Assembly (NCBI GenBank): GCA_943354165.1
Contig: CALRBH010000006.1
Coordinates: forward strand, 1 to 42,708
DNA: 42,708 bases
Source of the DNA: Candidatus Uhrbacteria bacterium RIFOXYB12_FULL_58_10
Lineage (GTDB): Bacteria; Patescibacteriota; Patescibacteriia; UBA9934; GWF2-40-263
Direction of reading: 5' to 3'
Below the pieces are notes generated by a model. It saw nothing but the letters and a program-made list of their open reading frames with translations, was not told where the DNA came from and made no database searches. Each line of letters opens with the position of its first letter. The first letter of the stretch is position 1. Shown in pieces: positions 33,483-40,748 of the stretch. The position numbers were made by a program, and so were the translations under genes.

Positions 33483-34229
33483 ATGATTGAACTTCTCTTT
33501 GGGCTGTCGCCGTTTATTGCCATCGGTCTCCTGGCCTCATTGCGCCAAGTGAACCAATATCAGCGCGGAGTGCGGTTTACGATGGGTAAATTCTCCGGCC
33601 TCGCCGAACCAGGCTGGCGCCTTGTCATCCCCGTCTTTCAGTCGATGACGAAAGTCGACTTGCGTCTGAAGGCCGTGGACGTGCCGTCGCAGGATGCGAT
33701 CACCAAGGACAACATCAGTGCGAAGATCAACGCCGTGATCTACTACAAGGTGACGGACGTAAAAAAGGCCGTACTCGAAATCCAGTCGCTCGACTACGCC
33801 GTGCTCCAGCTTGCCATGACCACCATGCGCAACATCGCCGGCGAGGTCACGCTCGATGAGCTCCTTTCCCAGCGCATGATCATCTCCGCAAAGATCGAGG
33901 AGCTTGTTGATGAAGCCACCAAAGACTGGGGCGTGGAAGTCACCACCGTCGAGCTCAAGGACATCAACCTCCCTGCCGACATGGTCCGCACCATCGGAAA
34001 GCAGGCGGAAGCAGAACGCGAGCGCCGTGCCGTCATCATTAACTCGGAAGGTGAAGTGGCTGCAGCAGCCAACCTCGCTAAGGCGGCCGAAATGCTCTCC
34101 GCAAGCCCAGGTGCCCTGCATCTGCGCACGCTGAATTCGATCAACGATATTTCAAGCGACGCATCGAACACAGTAGTATTCGCCGTACCGCTCGAGATCC
34201 TAAAGGCGTTCGAGGGGATGAAGAAATAA
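33483..34229 (+). CDS. SPFH/band-7 (stomatin-like) membrane protein
   Basis: 248 aa with an N-terminal TM helix followed by VNQYQRGVRFTMGKF...ITKDNISAKINAVIYYKV...ERERRAVI, typical of the SPFH domain. Confidence 0.9.
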   Translation: MIELLFGLSPFIAIGLLASLRQVNQYQRGVRFTMGKFSGLAEPGWRLVIPVFQSMTKVDLRLKAVDVPSQDAITKDNISAKINAVIYYKVTDVKKAVLEIQSLDYAVLQLAMTTMRNIAGEVTLDELLSQRMIISAKIEELVDEATKDWGVEVTTVELKDINLPADMVRTIGKQAEAERERRAVIINSEGEVAAAANLAKAAEMLSASPGALHLRTLNSINDISSDASNTVVFAVPLEILKAFEGMKK

Positions 34230-34345
34230 ACGACAAACGATAAATCCCAAACGACAAAGAAAGAGGGAAACGACAAACGGGTAAAACTTTTGTCGTTTTT
34301 CGTTTGGGATTTCTTTGTCGTTTGTCGTTTCCTCTTTGTCGTTTT
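34228..34345. repeat. AAACGACAA/TTTGTCGTT family element, copy 3 (imperfect foldback)
   Basis: The A-arm at 34228-34280 is AAACGACAAACGATAAATCCCAAACGACAAAGAAAGAGGGAAACGACAAACGG. The loop is GTAAAAC. The T-arm at 34288-34345 contains CGTTTGGGA opposite TCCCAAACG. Confidence 0.88.
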
Positions 34346-34365
34346 CGCGTTATACTGAAACAACT

Positions 34366-35067
34366 ATGCCCGCGTTTTCCATCGTGTCTATCGTATTACT
34401 CGCCGTGTGGCTTCTTCTGTTTGCCGTAGGAAAGCACACGCGTCGTGAACAGCTCATCATGAGCCTGCTTGGAATATTCATCTCCCCGGGCGCACTTCTT
34501 TTTGCCGCAACGGACTATCGAGCAGGTGAGGCGGCGGGCGTAGCCTTTACTGGATTCCCTGAACTCCTCTTTGGATTTGCTGTATTTGGCATCGCCGCCG
34601 TGCTCCACGAACACCTTCCTCACAAGCGTCAGCCCATGGAGCTGCACCCGAAATCCAAACTTGTGCGCCCGATCGAACACTGGCTTGCACGTCTATGTGT
34701 AGTTAGTGGAGTCTGGCTGTTTGTCGCTGTGGCGGGAAATACGATCTTCCATCTTCCTTCCGTATCTGCCTTTATCCTCGGTGGAGCGCTTGTCGGCGTC
34801 TACGTCATTGCGGACAGGAAGGATCTGGTCCTTGAAGCGCTCCTGTCCGGCGTGTTCATCACCATACTTATTTTCCTTATCGAACAGTTTTTCTTTGTGC
34901 GACTCTACCCAGAAGCCGCGGCGGATTTCTGGAAGATCGGAAACCTCTCTGGCCTCATCCTAGGAGGGATTCCCGTAGAAGAACTGCTCTGGGCGGCTAT
35001 TGTAGGTTTCTCGGTAGGTCCTCTCTATGAATTCGTAAGTGGAACGCGTCCCAAGCCTTTCGTATGA
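34366..35067 (+). CDS. Integral membrane protein, possibly lycopene-cyclase-domain family
   Basis: 233 aa with about 6 TM helices and two PxE(E)-type motifs (FPELLFGF, IPVEELLWA). TATACT lies 9 nt upstream of the ATG. The family assignment is tentative. Confidence 0.45.
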   Translation: MPAFSIVSIVLLAVWLLLFAVGKHTRREQLIMSLLGIFISPGALLFAATDYRAGEAAGVAFTGFPELLFGFAVFGIAAVLHEHLPHKRQPMELHPKSKLVRPIEHWLARLCVVSGVWLFVAVAGNTIFHLPSVSAFILGGALVGVYVIADRKDLVLEALLSGVFITILIFLIEQFFFVRLYPEAAADFWKIGNLSGLILGGIPVEELLWAAIVGFSVGPLYEFVSGTRPKPFV

Positions 35068-35456
35068 CGGAATCCAATGACCAATCCTATCTCACCGGTC
35101 TCACAGACGCGGTACTAAAGCCCGAGGAAGGCCAACTTTCCGTGGACGTCATTGAGCGTACGCACGATATTGTCGTCCGCTCCGCCATCGCTGGCGTGGG
35201 CGCGGACGATCTCGATGTTCATATCACCCGCGACACCATCACCATTCGCGGCCTCCGTCACCATGGATGCGAAGAACAGTCCACGGACACCGTACACATC
35301 CAGGAGTGTTTCTGGGGCACCTTTTCCCGTTCCATCATCCTCCCCTGCGAAGTGGATCCAAACGATGCGGATGCCACCATGAAGAACGGCATCTTGACCA
35401 TTACGCTACGTAAGGTAGAACAAGGGAAGACGCTATCGATTAATTATGGAAGTTGA
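35064..35456 (+). CDS. Hsp20/alpha-crystallin small heat-shock protein
   Basis: 130 aa with the alpha-crystallin core (...FSRSIILPCEVDPNDADATMKNGILTITLRK). ATGA overlap with the upstream gene. Confidence 0.88.
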   Translation: MTESNDQSYLTGLTDAVLKPEEGQLSVDVIERTHDIVVRSAIAGVGADDLDVHITRDTITIRGLRHHGCEEQSTDTVHIQECFWGTFSRSIILPCEVDPNDADATMKNGILTITLRKVEQGKTLSINYGS

Positions 35457-37347
35457 GGCCCCCGTCCCACAACCCCGCCTGCTTAAATTCCCCCGCAAAA
35501 CCGTAGTCATCACCGCCACGGCTTTTGTCGTCCTGATCGCTCTTGGAGCAGGCAGTGCCTATGTCTGGGCGGATCAATACCAAGGCCATATCGCCCCGAA
35601 TATTGCCATCGGTCCGGTAGATGTGAGCGGACTTGAACCGGCGCTCGCCCGCATCAAGGTCCAAAATGCGGTAGACCAGCTGCTCGGAACCGGCATTCCC
35701 GTGATCTTCAATGGATCCCAAACCACGCTCCCTCTTTCCGCCTCCGGTACGGACGCAGTGGAACTCGTCTCGTTTGAAGTCGATGCCGCGATCGCCAAAG
35801 CCCTTGCCTATCGACGTTCCTCGGAAAAGGCCTTGGACACCCTTTATTTGATTCAACATCTCGTCACTCGATCCAACGAGGTCATCGCCGTCCCGGTCAC
35901 CCTTCACGAAGAGGCGATTAAAACTTCCATACGTTCCCTTTATCCGGACGCAGAGATGGCTTGGAACAATGCCTCCTTTTCGTTCTCGCGCATCGGAGCT
36001 GACTGGCAAGGCCGCGTAGAATCCGCACGTCCTGGACGCGTGTTCAGCTATCCATCCTTCTTCCGTGACCTCACCGCAAAGCTTTCGGTCCTCACCACAG
36101 AAGGCTTCGTCACTCTAGAAATTGTCTCTGCAACCCCGAGCATCACAGACGCGGATGCACAGGCCGTGCTCGCCAATGCGGAAACCGCCATGCGCCGAGC
36201 CCCCTACTCCATCATGGAACGTCCAGAAGGCACCGGACGCACCTGGCCCATCCCCGCAAAGGATTTGGGCAGCCTCCTGCGCCCTGACACCTCCGGCGAC
36301 GGTCTGCGCATTGGGATCGATGCGGAAACATGGAAGCTCTATCTTGAGGAACATGTTTCCCCAGAGGTTGAAGAGCTGGCTGTGAATGCTCGTTTTCAAA
36401 TCGAAGACGGAAAAGTAAAGGAATTCGCCGGAAGCGCACAAGGCGTCTCGCTTGATGTCGATGGTATGCGCGCCGCCCTTGAACAAGCGATCGCTGAAGA
36501 CACCACTTCCATCATTCTTGCGACATTTGTGACCGAACCGGAAATCACCACGGAAGAGGTGAATGATCTTGGGGTCACGACGTTGCTCGGGACCGGAACG
36601 TCCTCGTATAAAGGCTCACCGAAAAACCGGATCCAAAATATCAAAAACGGCGTCCAACTCCTGAATGGACTCCTGATTGCTCCAGGAGAGACGTTCTCCC
36701 TTCTGAATGCGCTTCAACCGTTTGTCGCGGAGAACGGCTATTTGCCGGAACTTGTCATTAAGGGCGATAAGATCACTCCTGAAATCGGTGGTGGACTCTG
36801 TCAGATCGGCACGACCACCTTCCGCGCAGCCATGAAATCCGGACTGCCTATCGCCGAACGCCGCAACCACAGCCTTGTCGTCTCCTACTATAACGATCCG
36901 GCCAATGGAAAGCCGGGAACTGACGCCACCATCTACGATCCAGCCCCAGACCTCAAGTTCACGAACGATACGGGACATTTCGTCCTGTTCGAGGCGCTGA
37001 ATAACACAAAAACCCAAGCGCTTTCCTTCAGTTTTTGGGGAACCTCCGATGGCCGCAAGGGTTCCTACACACCACCGGTCGTCATCCGCTGGCTTCCCGT
37101 GGGCGAGACCAAGCGCATCGAAAGTGCCGATCTCAAACCCGGCGAGGAAACCTGTCAGGGAGAACACGTCGGAGCAGATACCACCTTCACCTACACCGTC
37201 CTCAAGGCCGATGGTTCAACCGTGGACACCGTCTTCGATTCCCACTATCGCCCGCTCCCAAAAATCTGTCTCGTGGGCGTAACGCCCATCCCCGGAGAGA
37301 CGCCTGCGGTTCCCGAAACCATCCTCGAACCCACCGTAACCCCCTAA
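35446..37347 (+). CDS. VanW-domain protein with an N-terminal membrane anchor
   Basis: 633 aa with a TM helix near the N-terminus and a VanW core (IAPGETFSLLNAL...GGGLCQIGTTTFRAAMKSGLPIAERRNHSLVVSYY). Confidence 0.88.
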   Translation: MEVEAPVPQPRLLKFPRKTVVITATAFVVLIALGAGSAYVWADQYQGHIAPNIAIGPVDVSGLEPALARIKVQNAVDQLLGTGIPVIFNGSQTTLPLSASGTDAVELVSFEVDAAIAKALAYRRSSEKALDTLYLIQHLVTRSNEVIAVPVTLHEEAIKTSIRSLYPDAEMAWNNASFSFSRIGADWQGRVESARPGRVFSYPSFFRDLTAKLSVLTTEGFVTLEIVSATPSITDADAQAVLANAETAMRRAPYSIMERPEGTGRTWPIPAKDLGSLLRPDTSGDGLRIGIDAETWKLYLEEHVSPEVEELAVNARFQIEDGKVKEFAGSAQGVSLDVDGMRAALEQAIAEDTTSIILATFVTEPEITTEEVNDLGVTTLLGTGTSSYKGSPKNRIQNIKNGVQLLNGLLIAPGETFSLLNALQPFVAENGYLPELVIKGDKITPEIGGGLCQIGTTTFRAAMKSGLPIAERRNHSLVVSYYNDPANGKPGTDATIYDPAPDLKFTNDTGHFVLFEALNNTKTQALSFSFWGTSDGRKGSYTPPVVIRWLPVGETKRIESADLKPGEETCQGEHVGADTTFTYTVLKADGSTVDTVFDSHYRPLPKICLVGVTPIPGETPAVPETILEPTVTP

Positions 37348-37380
37348 CCGCCCTTACAGCCCTTACCACCCTTACAGCCC
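37341..37380. repeat. Solo C-rich arm of the TTACNNCCC nonamer family
   Basis: CCCCTAACCG CCCTTACAG CCCTTACCA CCCTTACAG CCC. It starts in the last VanW codons and spans the stop. No G-rich partner lies within about 100 nt. Confidence 0.85.
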
Positions 37381-37404
37381 TACGTTGTTATCCACACCGA
37401 GAGC

Positions 37405-37432
37405 TTGCGTAGCGCATACGGGAGCGTATCAT
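37405..37432 (+). promoter_or_regulatory. Candidate promoter (TTGCGT-N16-TATCAT) of the unassigned transcript
   Basis: TTGCGT is at 37405-37410, the spacer is 16 nt and TATCAT is at 37427-37432. Confidence 0.35.
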
Positions 37433-37439
37433 CTTCATC

Positions 37440-37774
37440 AGACCCGCGATGCTCGACCTAGCATAAGCATGGCCGCGCCTCGATGGGCAAGAACACAGAC
37501 AAAAGAAAATCCCCTACCGTTAGGTAGAGGACCCTCGCGCCCGTTGTAGAGAGTGAACTGCAGGCAAGAAATTTCAGGTATCAAACGGACGAGCCTTGGC
37601 CCGACCGCCGGTACTATGAAATCCCATGCTTGTCGTGCCTGCAGGCTACTGTCTGCAACGGGCTTCACAGGGGTTCCTGTGACTGCGAACCTTAGCACAT
37701 CGCTGGGTTGTGTCAAGCGTTGCAAACACCTCACTGTCAATCACTTCTGACACTCCGCCCTTGGCGGTTTTTTT
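37440..37774 (+). ncRNA. Candidate structured non-coding RNA of about 335 nt, class unassigned
   Basis: A 560-nt gap with no credible ORF. Promoter-like hexamers lie upstream and a CCGCC-CTT-GGCGG-TTTTTTT terminator lies at the 3' end. Internal stems: CTGCAGGCA (37558-66)/TGCCTGCAG (37636-44), TCACAGG-GGTT-CCTGTGA (37665-82), and CCCCTACC-GTTA-GGTAGAGG (37511-30). Confidence 0.3.
37755..37774 (+). terminator. Intrinsic terminator (short GC stem plus T7)
   Basis: CCGCC-CTT-GGCGG followed by TTTTTTT. No plus-strand CDS ends nearby. Confidence 0.55.
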
Positions 37775-37789
37775 GTTGTGGATATTGGG

Positions 37790-37830
37790 AAATATGAATG
37801 TCAAAGCCCGTGAGAAATTCACGGGCTTTG
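37790..37830 (-). terminator. 12-bp perfect hairpin downstream of clpP
   Basis: CAAAGCCCGTGA-GAAAT-TCACGGGCTTTG. On the minus strand it is followed by GACATTCATATTT, which is only moderately U-rich. Confidence 0.45.
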
Positions 37831-37889
37831 ACCACAGGCAGAAGGCAGACAAGGCCACAGGCCGGAGAAAACATCGCTGCTTCCTGTGG

Positions 37890-37917
37890 CCTAACGCCTA
37901 AAGCCTAACGCCTCACG
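37890..37917. repeat. Locus-private heptamer array (TAACGCC-type) overlapping the clpP stop
   Basis: CC TAACGCC TAAAGCC TAACGCC TCACG. Confidence 0.65.
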
Positions 37918-38503
37918 ACTTATTGATGACCTTATCAATAAGTCCGTAAGCGAGTGCTTCTTTTGGATCCATGAAGTTATCGCGTTCCGCGTCCTGTTCC
38001 ACTTTAGCCATCTTTTGGCCCGTGTGCTTAGCGAGGATCGAGTTCAACTGATCCTTGGTCTTCAGGATGCGATCCGTATGAATGCGGATATCCGTTGCCT
38101 GACCCTGAAAGCCTCCGAGAACCTGATGGATCATGACTTCGGCGTTCGGAAGCGCGAACCGCTTTCCCTTCGCCCCACCGGCGAGCAGGACGGCTCCCAT
38201 CGATGCAGCCATGCCGATACAGATCGTCGAAACGTCTGGCTTCACGTACTGCATGGCATCATAAATCGCGAGGCCAGCCGTAACGCTCCCGCCTGGGCTG
38301 TTGATGTAAATCTTGATGTCCTTGGTCTTATCCTGGCTTTCAAGGAAAAGAAGCTGGGCAACAACGAGGTTTGCCACTGTGTCATCAATCTCTGTTCCGA
38401 GAAAAATAATGCGATCCTTCAGCAAACGGCTATAAATATCGTAAGCCCGCTCCCCCATGTGGGTTTTTTCAATGACGGTCGGAATGAGGATGGATGATTT
38501 CAT
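37913..38503 (-). CDS. clpP: ATP-dependent Clp protease proteolytic subunit
   Basis: 196 aa from ATG 38503 ([14 protein letters not shown]...) with catalytic Ser in GMAASMG, His in MIHQ, and an Asp region. The track ORF's 46 upstream codons overlap the DHH gene's 3' end and are not used. Confidence 0.95.
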   Translation of the reverse strand: MKSSILIPTVIEKTHMGERAYDIYSRLLKDRIIFLGTEIDDTVANLVVAQLLFLESQDKTKDIKIYINSPGGSVTAGLAIYDAMQYVKPDVSTICIGMAASMGAVLLAGGAKGKRFALPNAEVMIHQVLGGFQGQATDIRIHTDRILKTKDQLNSILAKHTGQKMAKVEQDAERDNFMDPKEALAYGLIDKVINKS

Positions 38504-38513
38504 AGTGGAATGA

Positions 38514-39515
38514 TTATGGCATGGGTTTTTGAAGAGCCGCAAGGAGCGTCGCCTCGGCCTCCTGAAGAGTTCCAGGAATCTCGCAACCGGCTGCCTGTTT
38601 GTGCCCTCCCCCACCGAACTGCTTAGCAAGCGCAGCAACATCCCGTTTCACCGACCGAAAACTCGCCCCTACTGAACCCTTTGCGCCTTCTGCGGCCTTT
38701 GAGCCATTTGAGCCCTCCTGTTCCTTCAGCACACACACCGTATCCGTCTCACTTACGATGCCAAGATAATTTTTGAGTTCATACATTTCATCGTCTGTTA
38801 CGCCATTTTCTGTAAGGTCTGCCCGTGTCAGGTGGGTGACGACGAGGTTGTGCTCCGGATATTTCCGAAGTCGACCGAGCGCGGTTCCCCACACTCTAAG
38901 CGCTTGAACACGACGATTGCGCAACAGCTTGTTCGCCACCGCCTCCGGCTTCCCTCCCATCATGGTGAGATCAGCGACCGCATTCAACGCACGCGCATTC
39001 GTTCCACCGTTCCCGAGAGCCGTCGTGTCGAACGTGATTCCTGTAAGAAGCGCTGTGACCGCTTCGCGTGTGAACGAATAGTTGGCGGCGACGAGAAGCT
39101 GATAGACGAGCTCGGCCGTAGCCGGCGCCCCCGTGTCGACAAGGTTCACTGTTCCGTATCGCGGATTCGTCGCGTGATGATCGATGTTGATAATCGACGG
39201 CGATGCTTTCATTTTCCCAAGGATCTCGGCGACATACGGTCCATCGGAACAGTCGACGAAGATGAGAAGATCGATCGTCGGATCGACGAGGACACCGGGG
39301 TCGGTCGTCATCTTATCGGCATGCGGGATGAACTGATATCGCTCCGGCAATGGGCCTGAGATGTAAGCTTTGGCTGACTTCCCTACCAATGCGAGATAAT
39401 CGATGATTGCAGCCGCCGACCCAATACTGTCCCCGTCCACGCGAACGTCTGGAACAATCAATGGGTGATCGGCCTTGCGAAGGAGGTTTAGGATGTCAGT
39501 TTGGATCTGATCCAT
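38514..39515 (-). CDS. DHH/DHHA1 family phosphoesterase (NrnA-like)
   Basis: 333 aa with [15 protein letters not shown] (the DHH motif) and DHHA1 [11 protein letters not shown]. Confidence 0.88.
   Translation of the reverse strand: MDQIQTDILNLLRKADHPLIVPDVRVDGDSIGSAAAIIDYLALVGKSAKAYISGPLPERYQFIPHADKMTTDPGVLVDPTIDLLIFVDCSDGPYVAEILGKMKASPSIINIDHHATNPRYGTVNLVDTGAPATAELVYQLLVAANYSFTREAVTALLTGITFDTTALGNGGTNARALNAVADLTMMGGKPEAVANKLLRNRRVQALRVWGTALGRLRKYPEHNLVVTHLTRADLTENGVTDDEMYELKNYLGIVSETDTVCVLKEQEGSNGSKAAEGAKGSVGASFRSVKRDVAALAKQFGGGGHKQAAGCEIPGTLQEAEATLLAALQKPMP
38676..38717. repeat. In-frame nonamer array inside the DHH/DHHA1 gene (CCTTTGAGC-type units)
   Basis: The plus strand reads CCTTTGCGC CTTCTGCGG CCTTTGAGC CATTTGAGC CCTCC. 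It encodes, on the minus strand, [15 protein letters not shown], just upstream of SFRSVK...FGGGGH. Confidence 0.8.
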
Positions 39516-39575
39516 AAGGGGTCGAGGTTATCAGCTCTGGATCGATGGGTCAATCGATGTTATCGTCTAAGTAAT

Positions 39576-39845
39576 ATGGAACAAGCCACATTCCGCGTCA
39601 TTATTGAACCAGATAAGGGTGGATATCATGGATATGTCCCAGCTCTTCGAGGCTGTCATTCTTGGGGAAAGACGGTCACGAAAACCCAACAGCATCTCCA
39701 GGAAGCGATTGAACTGTTCATCGAGTCCCTCGCGGCTCATGGCGATCCGATCCCGACAGATGTGGGTTTTGAATCGTTCCAGACCGTTACACTTCCAAAG
39801 ACAAAAGCTATTCGCTCGCGTGTTGCAAGCCGACAGTATGCCTAA
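39576..39845 (+). CDS. hicB: HicB-family antitoxin (UPF0150 fold)
   Basis: 89 aa. FRVIIEPDKGGYHGYVPALRGCHSWGKTVTKTQQHLQEAIELFIESL matches the HicB N-terminal domain pattern. Overlaps hicA by 8 nt. Confidence 0.8.
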   Translation: MEQATFRVIIEPDKGGYHGYVPALRGCHSWGKTVTKTQQHLQEAIELFIESLAAHGDPIPTDVGFESFQTVTLPKTKAIRSRVASRQYA

Positions 39846-40059
39846 GATACCAGTCGTCAAACCTCGACGACTCGTAGCGGCACTGCTTCGACTTGGATTC
39901 GTACTCGATCGTCAACGCGGCGCCCATGCGATGTATCGGCATGATGATGGACGCATGACGATTGTTCCAATGCATCCAGGCGACATTCCACCAGGAACAC
40001 TCCGAGGGATTCTGGAAGATATCGAGGTGACTGTTGATCAAATAAAAGAAGTGCTGTAA
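39838..40059 (+). CDS. hicA: HicA-family mRNA interferase toxin
   Basis: 73 aa. PRRLVAALLRLGFVLDRQRGAHAMYRHDDGRMTIVPMHPGDIPPGTLRGIL matches the YcfA/HicA pattern. Confidence 0.8.
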   Translation: MPKIPVVKPRRLVAALLRLGFVLDRQRGAHAMYRHDDGRMTIVPMHPGDIPPGTLRGILEDIEVTVDQIKEVL

Positions 40060-40060
40060 C

Positions 40061-40080
40061 CCCCGCCCTGTGCGGGTTTT
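40061..40080 (+). terminator. Intrinsic terminator after hicA
   Basis: CCCGC-CCTGT-GCGGG followed by TTTT. Confidence 0.55.
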
Positions 40081-40083
40081 ACA

Positions 40084-40118
40084 TTTCGTAGTTTCGTAGC
40101 CGTTCGTAGGTTCGTAAC
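40084..40118. repeat. Locus-private short-period array (TTTCGTAG-type)
   Basis: TTTCGTAG TTTCGTAG CCGTTCGTAG GTTCGTAA. Confidence 0.7.
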
Positions 40119-40125
40119 ACCGCCT

Positions 40126-40158
40126 AATAAAAAGCACCCCACACGTATGCGGGGCGCT
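40126..40158 (-). terminator. Intrinsic terminator after the 40178-40645 lipoprotein gene
   Basis: The minus strand reads AGCGCCCCGC-ATACGT-GTGGGGTGCT followed by TTTTATT. Confidence 0.6.
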
Positions 40159-40177
40159 TGTTGGACGGAATGTTGTT

Positions 40178-40645
40178 CTAGGGCTGGCAAGCGGGAGGGT
40201 CATGAGAAACCACTTCCGCAAGCACCGCCCGATCAGCTCCTTCAGTCGCAATCAGGAGCTCAGCGAAGTCTACAATGGTGACTGTCGCACGATTGCGCGT
40301 GCCCATAAAGCACGGTTGTCCTTCCTGGTAGAAGTCCTGGTCGAAGTCATTCCTGATCCCGAAGTAGTCTTTTGCTTCTTTGGTGTTCCAGAAACAAAGC
40401 GTGTACGACTCTACTGGCAGCTTGGCACGGGAACTCTCGTCGAGGTCGAAGCAGACAGTATCCCCCGGAACCTCGTTGGGCGAGAACCAGTACTCACCCG
40501 AGATCTCTGCTTTTCCATCGTAGTAGTCGTAGTCGGCGATGTGGTAGCTGAACTGAAACGACTCATCAGGAGAAGGCTCTGTGCCACATCCGGCACCGAC
40601 GAGCACCAGAAGCGAAGTGACAATGACTGCGAACGTTTGCTTCAT
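40178..40645 (-). CDS. Putative lipoprotein, function unknown
   Basis: MKQTFAVIVTSLLVLVGAGCG has a lipobox-like VGAGC. GGAGGA lies upstream of ATG 40645. The mature part is rich in Cys, Asp and Tyr. Confidence 0.65.
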   Translation of the reverse strand: MKQTFAVIVTSLLVLVGAGCGTEPSPDESFQFSYHIADYDYYDGKAEISGEYWFSPNEVPGDTVCFDLDESSRAKLPVESYTLCFWNTKEAKDYFGIRNDFDQDFYQEGQPCFMGTRNRATVTIVDFAELLIATEGADRAVLAEVVSHDPPACQP

Positions 40646-40748
40646 AATTCTTCCTCCAGCACCAAAATAGTGCGACCTCAAAATATCACAAAATCAGCCT
40701 TTTGTCAACCGTGATATACTCCTTCCATTGAGTTTTCTGACTTGAGCT

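Noticed and set aside
37440-37774. Assignment of the unassigned transcript as RNase P RNA, tmRNA, SRP RNA or a cobalamin riboswitch
   Set aside because: On both strands I found no GGAAAGUCC/ACAGAA-GGCUUA (RNase P), no GGUUCGA T-loop with a 3' ACCA or a plausible ..LAA tag ORF (tmRNA), and no GGAAGCAGCC (SRP). A weak GAAATCC...ACTGT resemblance to the cobalamin core lacks the B12 box and has no downstream gene. The class stays open.
38504-38641. A 46-codon N-terminal extension of the clpP track ORF
   Set aside because: It overlaps the 3' end of the DHH gene. ClpP homology begins at [14 protein letters not shown] (ATG 38503).
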